IMG/VR virus record: IMGVR_UViG_3300034358_000044
Location: 1-64,000 of that record
DNA from: a virus
Direction: 5' to 3' (one strand)
Length of the DNA: 64,000 bases
Below the pieces are notes generated by a model. The model saw nothing but the letters and a program-made list of their open reading frames with translations, had not been told where the DNA came from and ran no database searches. This document shows positions 7,988-17,098 of this stretch, piece after piece; the first letter of the stretch is position 1; the number at the start of each line of letters is the position of its first letter. Position numbers and translations under genes: made by a program.

Positions 7988-8793
7988 TTCATGGTCTTCG
8001 CGACAACGTGTTCCGTCCTGTGCTTCGCCTTCTCGAAGAGGTTGACGAAGCGCCCAGAGACGCTTTCCATGTCGGCCTTGACGAGCTCGATGGGTGGATC
8101 GAATCCGATGATGCGTCCTGTCTTGGGGCGGTTCCTGTGGAACTTCACGGAGAGCATCCTGGAGTAGCCTTCCATCTCCAGGATGGTGGTGATGGCTTCG
8201 CAGGCCTTTGGGTTCTGGGACAGGTCCTTCTTCACTTCGATCTTGGCGATTTCATCCGCCGTCTTGTCCCCCAGCTCCTCCTTGTTCATGGAGAGGACCC
8301 AGGTCTCATCCACCTTGACGTACGCGATGGCGTCCGTCTTCTTGATGAGGTTCTTGATGGCCATGGCCACCACGTCCTTGTAGTCCATCTTAGTTCGCTT
8401 GAGGACCACATCGAGGATGACCTCGTCCGGGTTGGGAGCTCTGAAGTCCCTCCCCTTCATCTGCAGGTGGGTGATGATCTTGTCCATCTCCGGACTGGCC
8501 TTCTTGAGGACGTCCAGAGCCTGCTCTGCACCCAGCACCATGTTGGTCATGACGATGATGGTGTCCCCAGGCTTCACCTTCTCGGAGTCGAGCGGTACTT
8601 CGTCGTCGAAGTTTCCTCCCAGGGTGGCGAAGGAGGCCTCGATGATGTCCTGGTCGATGTTCATCTTCTCGGTCATGAAGAAGGCCACCGGCTGAAGCTC
8701 TCCCTCCTCCCGGAGAATCTTCTTGGCGTTCTCCGTGACGCTGTCATGCCACTTCTTCATGTTCTCGATGGAGTATCTGTCATCGGTGTTCAT
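7984..8793 (-). CDS. Hypothetical protein
   Basis: 269 aa, strong codon bias. Confidence 0.85.
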   Translation of the reverse strand: MNTDDRYSIENMKKWHDSVTENAKKILREEGELQPVAFFMTEKMNIDQDIIEASFATLGGNFDDEVPLDSEKVKPGDTIIVMTNMVLGAEQALDVLKKASPEMDKIITHLQMKGRDFRAPNPDEVILDVVLKRTKMDYKDVVAMAIKNLIKKTDAIAYVKVDETWVLSMNKEELGDKTADEIAKIEVKKDLSQNPKACEAITTILEMEGYSRMLSVKFHRNRPKTGRIIGFDPPIELVKADMESVSGRFVNLFEKAKHRTEHVVAKTMN

Positions 8794-9337
8794 CAGGGCT
8801 CCTTGATTTCGCGTACTCTATGGCTACGAGATGCTTGCCGTAGAACATCTCCTCCCAGCTCGTCTGCAGCGCGTTTTCCAGCTTGGGAACCTGCATGTCA
8901 GTGGGCTTCAGTTCGAAGGGCCGCTGACGAGCTCCAGTGTTTCCGGTGTCCTCACACACCTCGCGCTTCTTGTAGCCGAACGGGAACTTGAAGTCCCTGA
9001 AGCAGAACAGGTGGTACTGGTTCGAAGTATCCACCAGTCTGGACTCGGCAGGGTAGAGCTCCACCGCCTCGAACTCCTCACCGACCAGCTCGTTCTTGAT
9101 TCTCTGGAAGTCTCTCCAGTCATGAACTGGAGCCTTGTCCCTGGTCTTGATGCTGAGGTGGATGCAGAGACCGAAGGGCGGTTGAATCTCGAAGAGCGTG
9201 AGATTCACCTGGTAGCGCGAGTTGATGAAGACGTCGATGTCGGGGAACTGCGGAATGCGCCCCCGTTCGAAAGACGTCCAGGGTTTTGTCTCTGCGACTG
9301 ACTTCTTGCGTTTCTCTTTGGTCTTCTTGCCGCTCAT
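8780..9337 (-). CDS. Conserved phage protein (HDWRDFQRIKNELVG...ELYPAESRLVD family)
   Basis: Motif recognised from many phage hypothetical proteins; function unknown. Confidence 0.8.
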   Translation of the reverse strand: MSGKKTKEKRKKSVAETKPWTSFERGRIPQFPDIDVFINSRYQVNLTLFEIQPPFGLCIHLSIKTRDKAPVHDWRDFQRIKNELVGEEFEAVELYPAESRLVDTSNQYHLFCFRDFKFPFGYKKREVCEDTGNTGARQRPFELKPTDMQVPKLENALQTSWEEMFYGKHLVAIEYAKSRSPDEHR

Positions 9338-9344
9338 GGGATTC

Positions 9345-9566
9345 CTAGATGTGGATGGCGTGGCCGCACCGGTTGCAGATGGCGCGGTCAGTTTCGGTGC
9401 GCTGGTTACGGCGATGAGGGCCTCCACTGCCGCACTCCGGGCAGGTGATGCGGATGTGCGTGGGCGGGTCGCCCTCGAATCCGACAGTGCCCTCGGAGAG
9501 CTTCTCCGTGTACGTCTGGAAGGCTTTGACCTTCTCCTTCACCGTGGGCTTCTTGATGTTGTTCAT
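9345..9566 (-). CDS. Zn-ribbon protein
   Basis: CPECG...CNRCG; GGAG RBS. Confidence 0.7.
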   Translation of the reverse strand: MNNIKKPTVKEKVKAFQTYTEKLSEGTVGFEGDPPTHIRITCPECGSGGPHRRNQRTETDRAICNRCGHAIHI

Positions 9567-9576
9567 GTCATCTCCT

Positions 9577-9777
9577 TCAGTCTTTGAGTGCTTCGAGGAC
9601 CTGCTCGACGAGGTCATCCCCATCGCAGCGGCACTCCTCACTTCCGTCCCGTTCCTCTGGAAGTTCACGGGCGCCGATGCAGCCTTCTTCGTGTAGCTGG
9701 TGCTTCCACTGACCGTCATCGTCGATGAAGAACAGGAGAGCCCTCTTCAGTTTCTTGACCTTCTGGTCAATCATCAC
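9577..9777 (-). CDS. Hypothetical protein
   Basis: 66 aa, ATGA overlap. Confidence 0.65.
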   Translation of the reverse strand: MMIDQKVKKLKRALLFFIDDDGQWKHQLHEEGCIGARELPEERDGSEECRCDGDDLVEQVLEALKD

Positions 9778-10037
9778 GCCTCCATACTCGTCATCTTCAT
9801 GGCTTCCCGAGCTCGGGCAATCCGAGCTCCGTGGTGCTGCACCAATGACTGGCGCATGGTGGTGTCTCCCAGTGGAAGATCCGCAATGAGCTTGTCGAAG
9901 TAGTCAATCTCCTCCTGCACCACTTTGCGCAGGAGGAGAACATCCCTCTGGTACTGTTTCAGCACATTCACGGTGATTCTCAGCTTCGAGTTCTCGCTGC
10001 AACCTTCGAGATCACGCTCGTTATACGGAATGCTCAT
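9774..10037 (-). CDS. Hypothetical coiled-coil protein
   Basis: 87 aa, operonic. Confidence 0.7.
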   Translation of the reverse strand: MSIPYNERDLEGCSENSKLRITVNVLKQYQRDVLLLRKVVQEEIDYFDKLIADLPLGDTTMRQSLVQHHGARIARAREAMKMTSMEA

Positions 10038-10569
10038 CGTATTTCCTCAGAACTGCGCAGATAGAGCATTCACAAGAGGTCATGTGGGTGTCGTTCCCGT
10101 TGACGACGACGATGTCCACCAACACCTTCTTGTACGCTGCTGCTTCCTCTTCGGCCAGTAGGAAGACCCTCTCAGCTTCCTTCCACTCAGCAGCGCGAGT
10201 CGTGAATTCAGCCTCCTTCTTCACCAGCTCGCGCAGGCGCTGAAGGTAGTTGATGGGGGACGTAGGGACTCCCCCAGCAGTGCCGCCCACTTCGTAGATG
10301 ACGGCGGTCACGATGCGCTGGCACTCGGCCTGGAGCTCTGCGATCTCCAAGCGAACATGGTCGTAGTCTCTCAACCTCTTGAGATTCCCTTGTTCACCGG
10401 CCAGAGAGGCGTACTCCTTGTCGGTGATGAGGTTGTCCCTGAACAGCTCTCTGCGCTGCTGACGAACGAGGTCGTGCTCGCGCTGGTTCTCTTGGCTCAT
10501 CTCTTTGAGTCGTTCAACCTCAATGCGGAGAGCCATCGTCTCACTGAGTGAGTCATCGAATGTGCTCAC
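10021..10569 (-). CDS. Coiled-coil hypothetical protein
   Basis: GTG start with GGAG RBS and GTGA overlap; IEVERL motif. Confidence 0.7.
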   Translation of the reverse strand: MSTFDDSLSETMALRIEVERLKEMSQENQREHDLVRQQRRELFRDNLITDKEYASLAGEQGNLKRLRDYDHVRLEIAELQAECQRIVTAVIYEVGGTAGGVPTSPINYLQRLRELVKKEAEFTTRAAEWKEAERVFLLAEEEAAAYKKVLVDIVVVNGNDTHMTSCECSICAVLRKYDEHSV

Positions 10570-11027
10570 GGTTTGTCTCCCGGAAGAGGCACTTCGCGGA
10601 TAAAAGTCCCCACAGAGCGTGCCACTGCTTCGGCAATGTCGGGACGGCTCGGATCCCACTTCAAGCACGCCGTGTCAGCAGCGACTGACCCATGTCGCGC
10701 GCACGTCTCACGCAGGGCCACCAGAGCATCGCGATTGACGTGCCCACCTACGCGGCACTCAAGCCACGCCACTGGTGGCAAGTTGGCCTTCTCGATATGC
10801 GCCTTGAGCTGCTTCACCTCTACCCGAAGACGATTCAGTTCGGCGCGCTCTGTCTCTTCGGCCAGCAGTAGTACCCCGAGATGCTGCTGCTTTGGAGTCT
10901 GTAGCCGCTCCACTTCGGCTTGAAGACCGAGAGCCGTGTCCCCGAGTACCTTCTCAACGTGCCGCAGTCTCTCGACCTCGGCCCTCAGCTTCTCCAGCGT
11001 ATGCAGCATGTCGTCTGGATCACTCAT
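10566..11027 (-). CDS. Coiled-coil hypothetical protein (AEVERL repeats)
   Basis: 153 aa, ATGA overlap. Confidence 0.75.
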   Translation of the reverse strand: MSDPDDMLHTLEKLRAEVERLRHVEKVLGDTALGLQAEVERLQTPKQQHLGVLLLAEETERAELNRLRVEVKQLKAHIEKANLPPVAWLECRVGGHVNRDALVALRETCARHGSVAADTACLKWDPSRPDIAEAVARSVGTFIREVPLPGDKP

Positions 11028-11227
11028 TTCATTGCCTCCACGTCAGCGATTGCATCGGCCAAGGCGCGCTCTTGCGATAGGAGTCTGTGCAGGCGAGCCG
11101 ATGCCTGATGCGTCCGCAATAGATCCAACACTCTGTCTTTCTGTGCGGCGAGGGCGGCGGCGTGCTCGGCCTCAAGGCAGTAGGGGCATGGACTCATGAC
11201 GTACCATTGGTGCCGACACTCGCTCAT
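11024..11227 (-). CDS. Small hypothetical protein
   Basis: MSECRH...CPYC; ATGA overlaps at both ends. Confidence 0.65.
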   Translation of the reverse strand: MSECRHQWYVMSPCPYCLEAEHAAALAAQKDRVLDLLRTHQASARLHRLLSQERALADAIADVEAMK

Positions 11228-11469
11228 CGCGCACCTCCCGTAGCGGCGGCGATGGCGGCGCGGGCGTCCTCGCACCATGCCGGTTCGACACAGTCCCCGG
11301 TCCCGTCCATGCCTGCTGCGACGCACCACATCAGTGCGCGCTGCAGTGCCTGTGTCTTCACCGCCGCGTCGGCCTCGGCCTTTTCGGCGCGGGCGATGGC
11401 GCTGTCTCGCTCGGCCTTGAGAGCGTGAATCTCTTTCCAGAGTTTGTCGAACTCTCTGATGTCGCTCAT
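11224..11469 (-). CDS. Small coiled-coil protein
   Basis: RAEKAEA motif; 81 aa. Confidence 0.65.
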   Translation of the reverse strand: MSDIREFDKLWKEIHALKAERDSAIARAEKAEADAAVKTQALQRALMWCVAAGMDGTGDCVEPAWCEDARAAIAAATGGAR

Positions 11470-11488
11470 CGCGCCCCTGCCTTCCTCT

Positions 11489-12145
11489 TCATGGGATTGC
11501 CTCCACTGCGGCTATGACTTCAGTGAGCACTTCCCACCCTTCGCTGTCCTGCCTGACCTCGTCGAGCGCTTCTTGCAGCACTGCCACCACGGCGGCCTTC
11601 TGGACGGCGAGGGCGGCTTCCGCCTTATCGGCCCTGTTGAACACCTTGACGTGTGCCCCATCTGGTGAGTCGGTTGGTTTCACGGCAGAGACTCCGTTGG
11701 GCTCGTTGTGCCAACGCAAGTGCAGCCTCTCCACCTCGGCCTGCGCCTCATCTCGCTCTCGTCGTGCCTCTGCGTAGCACCACGGGCAGGTGCCGCACGG
11801 GCCGCGCCCCTCATCTCGATTGCCCTTGCACCACGCTCCAGTGCGAACGTCGGACTCAGCACGCAGCAGCTCGGCCTCTTTGAGCTTCTCCTCCAGAACG
11901 TGAATGACGTCTCGTTCGTGGTTCTTCTCGGAACTCATCTCCAAGAGCGCGCAGACTCTCGACACGAGCTCCCCCCGGGCTGCATTCACGGCCACGACTG
12001 CAGCGTGCATCTCCAGAGCGGTCGAGGCTGCTGAGCGTGCTTCCTCCAGTGCGGCAACAGTGGCGGCAACCCTGTCCCAGTCGGCGTTCCACCACGTAGG
12101 TGGGACCGGCATTTCTTCCATCGTGTACGGCTGTGGCTTGCTCAT
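11489..12145 (-). CDS. Coiled-coil protein with Cys cluster
   Basis: Start reassigned to MSKPQPY (ATGA overlap); CGTCPWC; AEVERL. Confidence 0.7.
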   Translation of the reverse strand: MSKPQPYTMEEMPVPPTWWNADWDRVAATVAALEEARSAASTALEMHAAVVAVNAARGELVSRVCALLEMSSEKNHERDVIHVLEEKLKEAELLRAESDVRTGAWCKGNRDEGRGPCGTCPWCYAEARRERDEAQAEVERLHLRWHNEPNGVSAVKPTDSPDGAHVKVFNRADKAEAALAVQKAAVVAVLQEALDEVRQDSEGWEVLTEVIAAVEAIP

Positions 12146-12360
12146 CGTGTACTCGGGGGTTGGGGGATCTTGATCGCCATCTCCAGGTCCGCGAGGGTAG
12201 CGGCCTTGGTCTTCATCACTTCCATCACTTGTGGGTTCGGGAAGCCGCCTGCGCGTTCCCAGAAGGACATCATCTGGGCGCCGATGCAGGCGGCATAGAC
12301 GGCGAGCCATTTCTCTTCAGTGACGTGATTCGCCTTGTTGACGCTCCAATTGGTCGTCAT
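12142..12360 (-). CDS. Hypothetical protein
   Basis: 72 aa, operonic. Confidence 0.7.
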   Translation of the reverse strand: MTTNWSVNKANHVTEEKWLAVYAACIGAQMMSFWERAGGFPNPQVMEVMKTKAATLADLEMAIKIPQPPSTR

Positions 12361-12363
12361 GGG

Positions 12364-12549
12364 CTAGTCCGCGTTGGCAGCGTCGATGCGGGCCTGGGCC
12401 TCATCATCGAACTCGTCCACCAGGTTCTCCAGCATCACCACGTAGTCGGACGAGGGGATGTCGTGGAGGAGTGTGTTGATGTCCTTCCAGAACTTCTCTC
12501 GCAGCTCGGTGACTTTCTTCTCCAGCTCTTTCTGCTTTGCCTTGTTCAC
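12364..12549 (-). CDS. Small acidic helical protein
   Basis: GGAGG RBS before GTG. Confidence 0.7.
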   Translation of the reverse strand: MNKAKQKELEKKVTELREKFWKDINTLLHDIPSSDYVVMLENLVDEFDDEAQARIDAANAD

Positions 12550-12565
12550 GTGTGCCTCCAATGAA

Positions 12566-12587
12566 AAGGGCTCCCGAAGGAGCCCTT
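12566..12587 (-). terminator. Rho-independent terminator with UUCG tetraloop
   Basis: AAGGGCTCC-TTCG-GGAGCCCTT followed by T tract on minus. Confidence 0.85.
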
Positions 12588-12611
12588 GGTAGAACGGAAT
12601 GTAGGCCTGAC

Positions 12612-12986
12612 TCAGACTCCGCCAGGGCCTGTTGCAGGGTACATCGCCCCGCCCTGACTGATGTTCGCGGTGGACTGTCCATCGACCGGGGACTGTGACC
12701 TGTCAGGGGAGGCTGCAGCAGCGCTCCCCTGGTCGTAGTCCCGAACGTTGCGCTTCCTGGGGTGGCCAGCAGGCAACCCGAAGAAGGCATTGGCCTTGGA
12801 GGCAGGAGTCTCCGACTGAGGCTGCTGCTTCTGGACGCCAGGCTGTCCGCCCTTCTGCCGCCAGTCAGGGTTCTTGTCCTGGTCATCCTGCGGAGGGATG
12901 GAGGCATTGGTGACCATCTGCGCATCTTGGGAGACGGCGATCTTCACCAGTTCATCTTGGAAAGCAGCGAGGGTGTACGGATTCAT
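12612..12986 (-). CDS. ELxKIA-leader protein, Gln/Pro-rich (putative virion internal protein)
   Basis: MNPYTLAAFQDELVKIA. Confidence 0.75.
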   Translation of the reverse strand: MNPYTLAAFQDELVKIAVSQDAQMVTNASIPPQDDQDKNPDWRQKGGQPGVQKQQPQSETPASKANAFFGLPAGHPRKRNVRDYDQGSAAAASPDRSQSPVDGQSTANISQGGAMYPATGPGGV

Positions 12987-13366
12987 CGTGCTCCTAGTCC
13001 GAGTAGCTTCTTGGCCTTGAGCTTGGCCGCATCCCCGTCTGCCATCTGGCGTACGGCCTTCTCACTCTCCCGCTTGATGCCGAACTTCCGTGCGGAGCTT
13101 CCCGAGAAGTACCCGTCCATGGTCTTGGCGGTATTGGGGAGCGTGTTCCTGTTCGACACCAGCGCCGCCACGTCGGGAACCTTGATGGCGGCGTCTGCAG
13201 CTCGGAGGCCCTTCACCTTCGACAGTGTCTTGGCCGCCTCCCTGCCGGCGTTGTGCGCCTTGAGGCGCTCTGCAGCGTAGCCCACTTGGGACATCATCGC
13301 CCCACGTGAGAGACGTGCAATCTTCTCCAACTCGTTGCTGAACGCAGCCATGGTCTGGGGATGCAT
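12983..13366 (-). CDS. ELxKIA-leader protein, Lys/Ala-rich (putative virion internal protein)
   Basis: MHPQTMAAFSNELEKIA. Confidence 0.75.
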   Translation of the reverse strand: MHPQTMAAFSNELEKIARLSRGAMMSQVGYAAERLKAHNAGREAAKTLSKVKGLRAADAAIKVPDVAALVSNRNTLPNTAKTMDGYFSGSSARKFGIKRESEKAVRQMADGDAAKLKAKKLLGLGAR

Positions 13367-13405
13367 GGGTCGCAGCCTACCCTTGGATGGGTAGAAGAGA
13401 GAAGG

Positions 13406-13579
13406 TTACTTCTTCGCCTGCTTCTTGAGAGCCTTCTTCTCGCGCTTGATGTCCTTGGCGAGGACATTCAGTTTCTTCTCGATGTCCTGGATGTCCTTGT
13501 GGCTCTTGATGGCCAACTGGACCGTGTGGGTGATGAGCTCGTCGAGCGTCATGTTTTCGGGCTTCTTGGGACGTCCCAT
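13406..13579 (-). CDS. Small basic coiled-coil protein
   Basis: MGRPKK; AGGAG RBS. Confidence 0.7.
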   Translation of the reverse strand: MGRPKKPENMTLDELITHTVQLAIKSHKDIQDIEKKLNVLAKDIKREKKALKKQAKK

Positions 13580-14067
13580 TGTAGCTCCTTGAGTTTTAGT
13601 GCCCATTCGTCCATTTCTAGAGCTTCGTCAACATCCTCTATACCGTGGATGAACTCGTATTCCACTGGATCTTTGCTAGTGTCCACCTTGTTGTCGGTTA
13701 GCGTCTTGTGGAAGGCGGCAACGGCGGCGTAGGCCAACTCGCTTCTCAGGTTCTCAAGGGAGGTCAACTCCTCACCGTAGATGGTAGTTGCCCCTGCCGA
13801 CCCGACCCGAAGCTGGACAGAGGGCTTCGTGGGGTTGGGGTCCCACTTGGCGGATCGAAGCTCACTGAGGATGGCGGCGTCTGCCGCATTGAAGGCGACC
13901 TCGTAGGGGTCGAAGAGTGCTTCGGTGTCCGTGATGAACAGGGTGTGCTTCCCCTCGCACTCGTACTTCATCGACTGCGCCTCCCATCCCCCGTCATAGT
14001 CGACGATGCCATGGTCACCCACGTGCTTCATCGGAGTACCGTCCAAGGGACAGAAGAGTGGTTTCAT
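13549..14067 (-). CDS. Hypothetical protein
   Basis: Start MKPLFCP with ATGA overlap and GAAGGA RBS. Confidence 0.7.
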   Translation of the reverse strand: MKPLFCPLDGTPMKHVGDHGIVDYDGGWEAQSMKYECEGKHTLFITDTEALFDPYEVAFNAADAAILSELRSAKWDPNPTKPSVQLRVGSAGATTIYGEELTSLENLRSELAYAAVAAFHKTLTDNKVDTSKDPVEYEFIHGIEDVDEALEMDEWALKLKELQWDVPRSPKT

Positions 14068-14387
14068 TCCTTCTTCTCCTCTGTGACCATGTCGAACAAG
14101 CCCTTGTTGGCGATGATGGGAGGGGACCAGCCCTCCACCACCTGCTTGCGGTAGTCCTCCTCCGCTGGGTTGTACTTCTCCACCCCATCCTTGCCCTTGT
14201 ACCAGTAGCCGATGACGAGGATGTCGAGGGTGTCCGAATCGCCCAGCTTGTGCTTCTCGACCCACTCCTTGTACTCCTTCACGTCGAATCGGATGATGTC
14301 GTTGTAGTCTTCCGGAAGAGGCTCCTCAGTACGCGAGCCATCGTCGTTGATGCTGAAGGCTCCGTGGGAGCCAAAGATTTCAAACAT
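14064..14387 (-). CDS. Acidic hypothetical protein
   Basis: 107 aa, codon bias. Confidence 0.8.
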   Translation of the reverse strand: MFEIFGSHGAFSINDDGSRTEEPLPEDYNDIIRFDVKEYKEWVEKHKLGDSDTLDILVIGYWYKGKDGVEKYNPAEEDYRKQVVEGWSPPIIANKGLFDMVTEEKKE

Positions 14388-14460
14388 TGAGTAGTTCCTC
14401 TGAGGGTTGTTCGTTGGTGGTGTTCCTACTGAACTTCTCCTTCGTCAACTTGGTCAGCAT
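14380..14460 (-). CDS. Putative 26 aa peptide
   Basis: GGGAG RBS; fills the gap in the operon. Confidence 0.35.
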   Translation of the reverse strand: MLTKLTKEKFSRNTTNEQPSEELLNV

Positions 14461-14722
14461 CGAAGTTTCTCCCTTCCCTGTTGTGCATCCTTCGACGCAT
14501 CGTGGTGTCGATGGTGGACCAGATGCTTCTGCACCCGATGCAGCACTTGGTGCTCTCTGGAGCGAGAGACATCCTCGTTTTTCCCATGGAAATGGAGGAG
14601 CCTCCGCAGGCAGAGGTTGGTTCTGGATCATCACCGTAGAAGTAGTGGTACTTCCCAGTGACTTTGGACTCCATCCAGAAGTTGGCGTTTGGATCGGAGC
14701 CAGTTATTCTCTTAGCCATCAT
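14426..14722 (-). CDS. Hypothetical protein
   Basis: MMAKRITG start with GGAGAG RBS; Cys pairs. Confidence 0.6.
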   Translation of the reverse strand: MMAKRITGSDPNANFWMESKVTGKYHYFYGDDPEPTSACGGSSISMGKTRMSLAPESTKCCIGCRSIWSTIDTTMRRRMHNREGRNFDADQVDEGEVQ

Positions 14723-15233
14723 CTCTCCCATCAAGAACTGCTTGAACGCGCTCCTTCGCCTTCTGAACTCCCTCCTCTGGGCCAGTGGCACCAATCCAGG
14801 AGGACGCCGAGCGCAAGGCGAGGAGGAGCTTCTCGACTCTGGCCTCTGCCTTCTCAGCGCGAAGGGTGGACTGCTGGTGGCCCTCACCCCAAGTCTTGGT
14901 GAGCTCCTTCCAGCGTCGGAGCTCGTGCTGCACCATGTGGAGGTGCTTCACCAAGTCGTCCACCCCGTTTGCCTCATTCAGCTTCTGGAGCCTGACGAGC
15001 TCCATCTTCACGACTTCGAGCTCGGCACGGGAAGCATCTCGCTCGGCCTTGTACTGATCCCGGATTTCAGCGAGAGACATCACCTGCGCTTTCCAGATGT
15101 CCCTGTCTGCTTCAACCTCGTCCAGTGATTTGACGGTGGCGTAGAGACGTCCGTACATCGAAGGCTCACAGACGACAGTTCCTGCTCGGACTTCGGAAAC
15201 AGTGAACGGCCCTTGGGACTCTGACTCCGACAT
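14712..15233 (-). CDS. Coiled-coil hypothetical protein
   Basis: 173 aa; RAEKAEA motif. Confidence 0.75.
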   Translation of the reverse strand: MSESESQGPFTVSEVRAGTVVCEPSMYGRLYATVKSLDEVEADRDIWKAQVMSLAEIRDQYKAERDASRAELEVVKMELVRLQKLNEANGVDDLVKHLHMVQHELRRWKELTKTWGEGHQQSTLRAEKAEARVEKLLLALRSASSWIGATGPEEGVQKAKERVQAVLDGRDDG

Positions 15234-15235
15234 GG

Positions 15236-15514
15236 TTACCTCGTTGTTGGTTCAGGAATGGTTCGGAGTGTACTGTCTTCTGTCCGAACCACGCCACCCC
15301 GAAGCTTCTCAAGCTGGTCCTTGGTGATCTCGTAGTCCTGTTCCATGGAGGAGTAGGCCCTGGTTCTTCGGGATGCCTCTCGTTCCAGTGAATAGACCTG
15401 AGCCTGGAGCTCAGTGACTTTTCGAGCAAGGGCCATGACTTTCTCTTTCTGTCCCCCAAACCAGATGTCGCGGTCAACATCTTCTTCGGTGAGCAGCTTC
15501 GGGGTGTCATTCAT
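15236..15514 (-). CDS. Coiled-coil hypothetical protein
   Basis: 92 aa, ATGA overlap. Confidence 0.75.
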   Translation of the reverse strand: MNDTPKLLTEEDVDRDIWFGGQKEKVMALARKVTELQAQVYSLEREASRRTRAYSSMEQDYEITKDQLEKLRGGVVRTEDSTLRTIPEPTTR

Positions 15515-16308
15515 GGGTGTGCTTCTTCCTTGATGTCGTTCTTCTTCATGATGGGGCCTCTAGCCTCGGCCCAGAGGAGAAGGTCTTCGATGGTCCACCA
15601 ACCGAAGTTGTGAATATGCTGTTCCATCGGGTTGAGCCAGAAGACGACGTCGAACTCAGTCTTGATGTCGCCACGGATGGTAGACTTCAGGTTCCGAGAC
15701 CAACGTGGGGAGAGGGCGAACCACTTCTTCCCCGCCTTGTTGAGCGTGTCGATGATGCCAAGGTGCCGAACCTCGCTCTCCAGAAGGTCGTCGTCTAGGT
15801 CCTTGGCCAGAATCTCGACCTTGTCCCTCTCGTCCAACCTGGAGACGATGGCGAGGATGAGGCCACCACCGATGTGGAAGGGGCCGATGTTGATCCAGAA
15901 GGCGACATCGAGATTCTGGAAGGCCTTGTAGAGCTCCTCGACGTTCTTCTTGTCGTCTTCTCCGTAGGCGATGACGCCGAAGGACTTCTGGTCCCAGGCG
16001 CACACCAACGGCCGACCATAGGGCTTGAGCTCCGGGTCTTTGACCCACTCCTTGGGCTGGCGGTAGTAGTCCTCGACCGGGCTGCAGAAGAGGGCAGTGT
16101 AGGACTTCTCAGTGATGAGCCGCAGCCTGTTGGGCAGGTAGCGGATGATGCGCCGCTCGACACCGTACTCCGCCTCATTGAGCTCGAAGATTCGGTGGAG
16201 GTCTCTGATGCCCCACTCGTGTTCGGCGCAGAAGTCGGAGTCCATGGCGATGCCGTAGAGCTCCTTCTTCTCATTGTTGATCCACAGAGGGTTATTTGTT
16301 CTTCGCAT
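15511..16308 (-). CDS. Hypothetical protein
   Basis: 265 aa, strong codon bias. Confidence 0.85.
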   Translation of the reverse strand: MRRTNNPLWINNEKKELYGIAMDSDFCAEHEWGIRDLHRIFELNEAEYGVERRIIRYLPNRLRLITEKSYTALFCSPVEDYYRQPKEWVKDPELKPYGRPLVCAWDQKSFGVIAYGEDDKKNVEELYKAFQNLDVAFWINIGPFHIGGGLILAIVSRLDERDKVEILAKDLDDDLLESEVRHLGIIDTLNKAGKKWFALSPRWSRNLKSTIRGDIKTEFDVVFWLNPMEQHIHNFGWWTIEDLLLWAEARGPIMKKNDIKEEAHP

Positions 16309-17089
16309 GTCGGGATTCCAGTTCTGCAGCTATTTGCTTTCGAAGTTGGGCATCGCGTCTTTTCATCTGGTTGATTTCCTTCTCCACCCACGCGCCCATC
16401 CATCCTCCCTTTTTCAGACTCGTCTGAAACCGGCTCTTGAGCTTCTTGATGTCGGGGAGGCTGTTGAGGGAGATGGTGGGCCAGATGTCGAAGAAGATGA
16501 CATCGTAGTTGTTCTTCGCGGCGGTGTACTCGAAGATGTCGGCCGGAACCATGATGAGCTTCATCTTCTCTTCGTCGGTGAGATGGTTCCCGTAGGTGAA
16601 GGGCATGTAGCAGAGCTGAAGGACATCGGGGTTCTTCTCCACCACGACGACCCGCGTCACCTTGGGGTTCTTCAGGATGGGGACGAGGATCATCCCCAGG
16701 CCGAAGCCGGCGATGAGGACGGACCCTCTGGCCTTCCTGATGGCCTCCCCGCTGGAGCGCGCCTCGTGGGGAGTGTCGGACATCATCACCTGGCCATTGA
16801 CGACCAACCGGACGTACTTGCCCATGGTGATGCCCATGGCTGGCCGTCCGTTGATGGCCTCGGTGAGGTTGTGGAACAGCATGTCCCGCTCGGTGATTTC
16901 GAAGTGTTCGACTCGTGAAGAGCCAGACTCCCCGACCGGAATGATGTTCCTCATGGGAACGAGACCGAAGGGGAGTGGCGAGGCGAGGACCCTGCTGACC
17001 TTGTTCAACTGCTTCTGAGTCCGAACTGCGAACTCTTCCAGCATCTTCATCTGCGCGTCATCGAGAGGTAACGTTGAAGGGCTCGGCAT
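16292..17089 (-). CDS. Class I SAM-dependent methyltransferase (spermidine synthase-like fold)
   Basis: VLIAGFGLG motif I, VVVVEKNPDV, ADIFEY, YDVIFFDIW. Confidence 0.85.
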   Translation of the reverse strand: MPSPSTLPLDDAQMKMLEEFAVRTQKQLNKVSRVLASPLPFGLVPMRNIIPVGESGSSRVEHFEITERDMLFHNLTEAINGRPAMGITMGKYVRLVVNGQVMMSDTPHEARSSGEAIRKARGSVLIAGFGLGMILVPILKNPKVTRVVVVEKNPDVLQLCYMPFTYGNHLTDEEKMKLIMVPADIFEYTAAKNNYDVIFFDIWPTISLNSLPDIKKLKSRFQTSLKKGGWMGAWVEKEINQMKRRDAQLRKQIAAELESRHAKNK

Positions 17090-17098
17090 GTACTCTCC

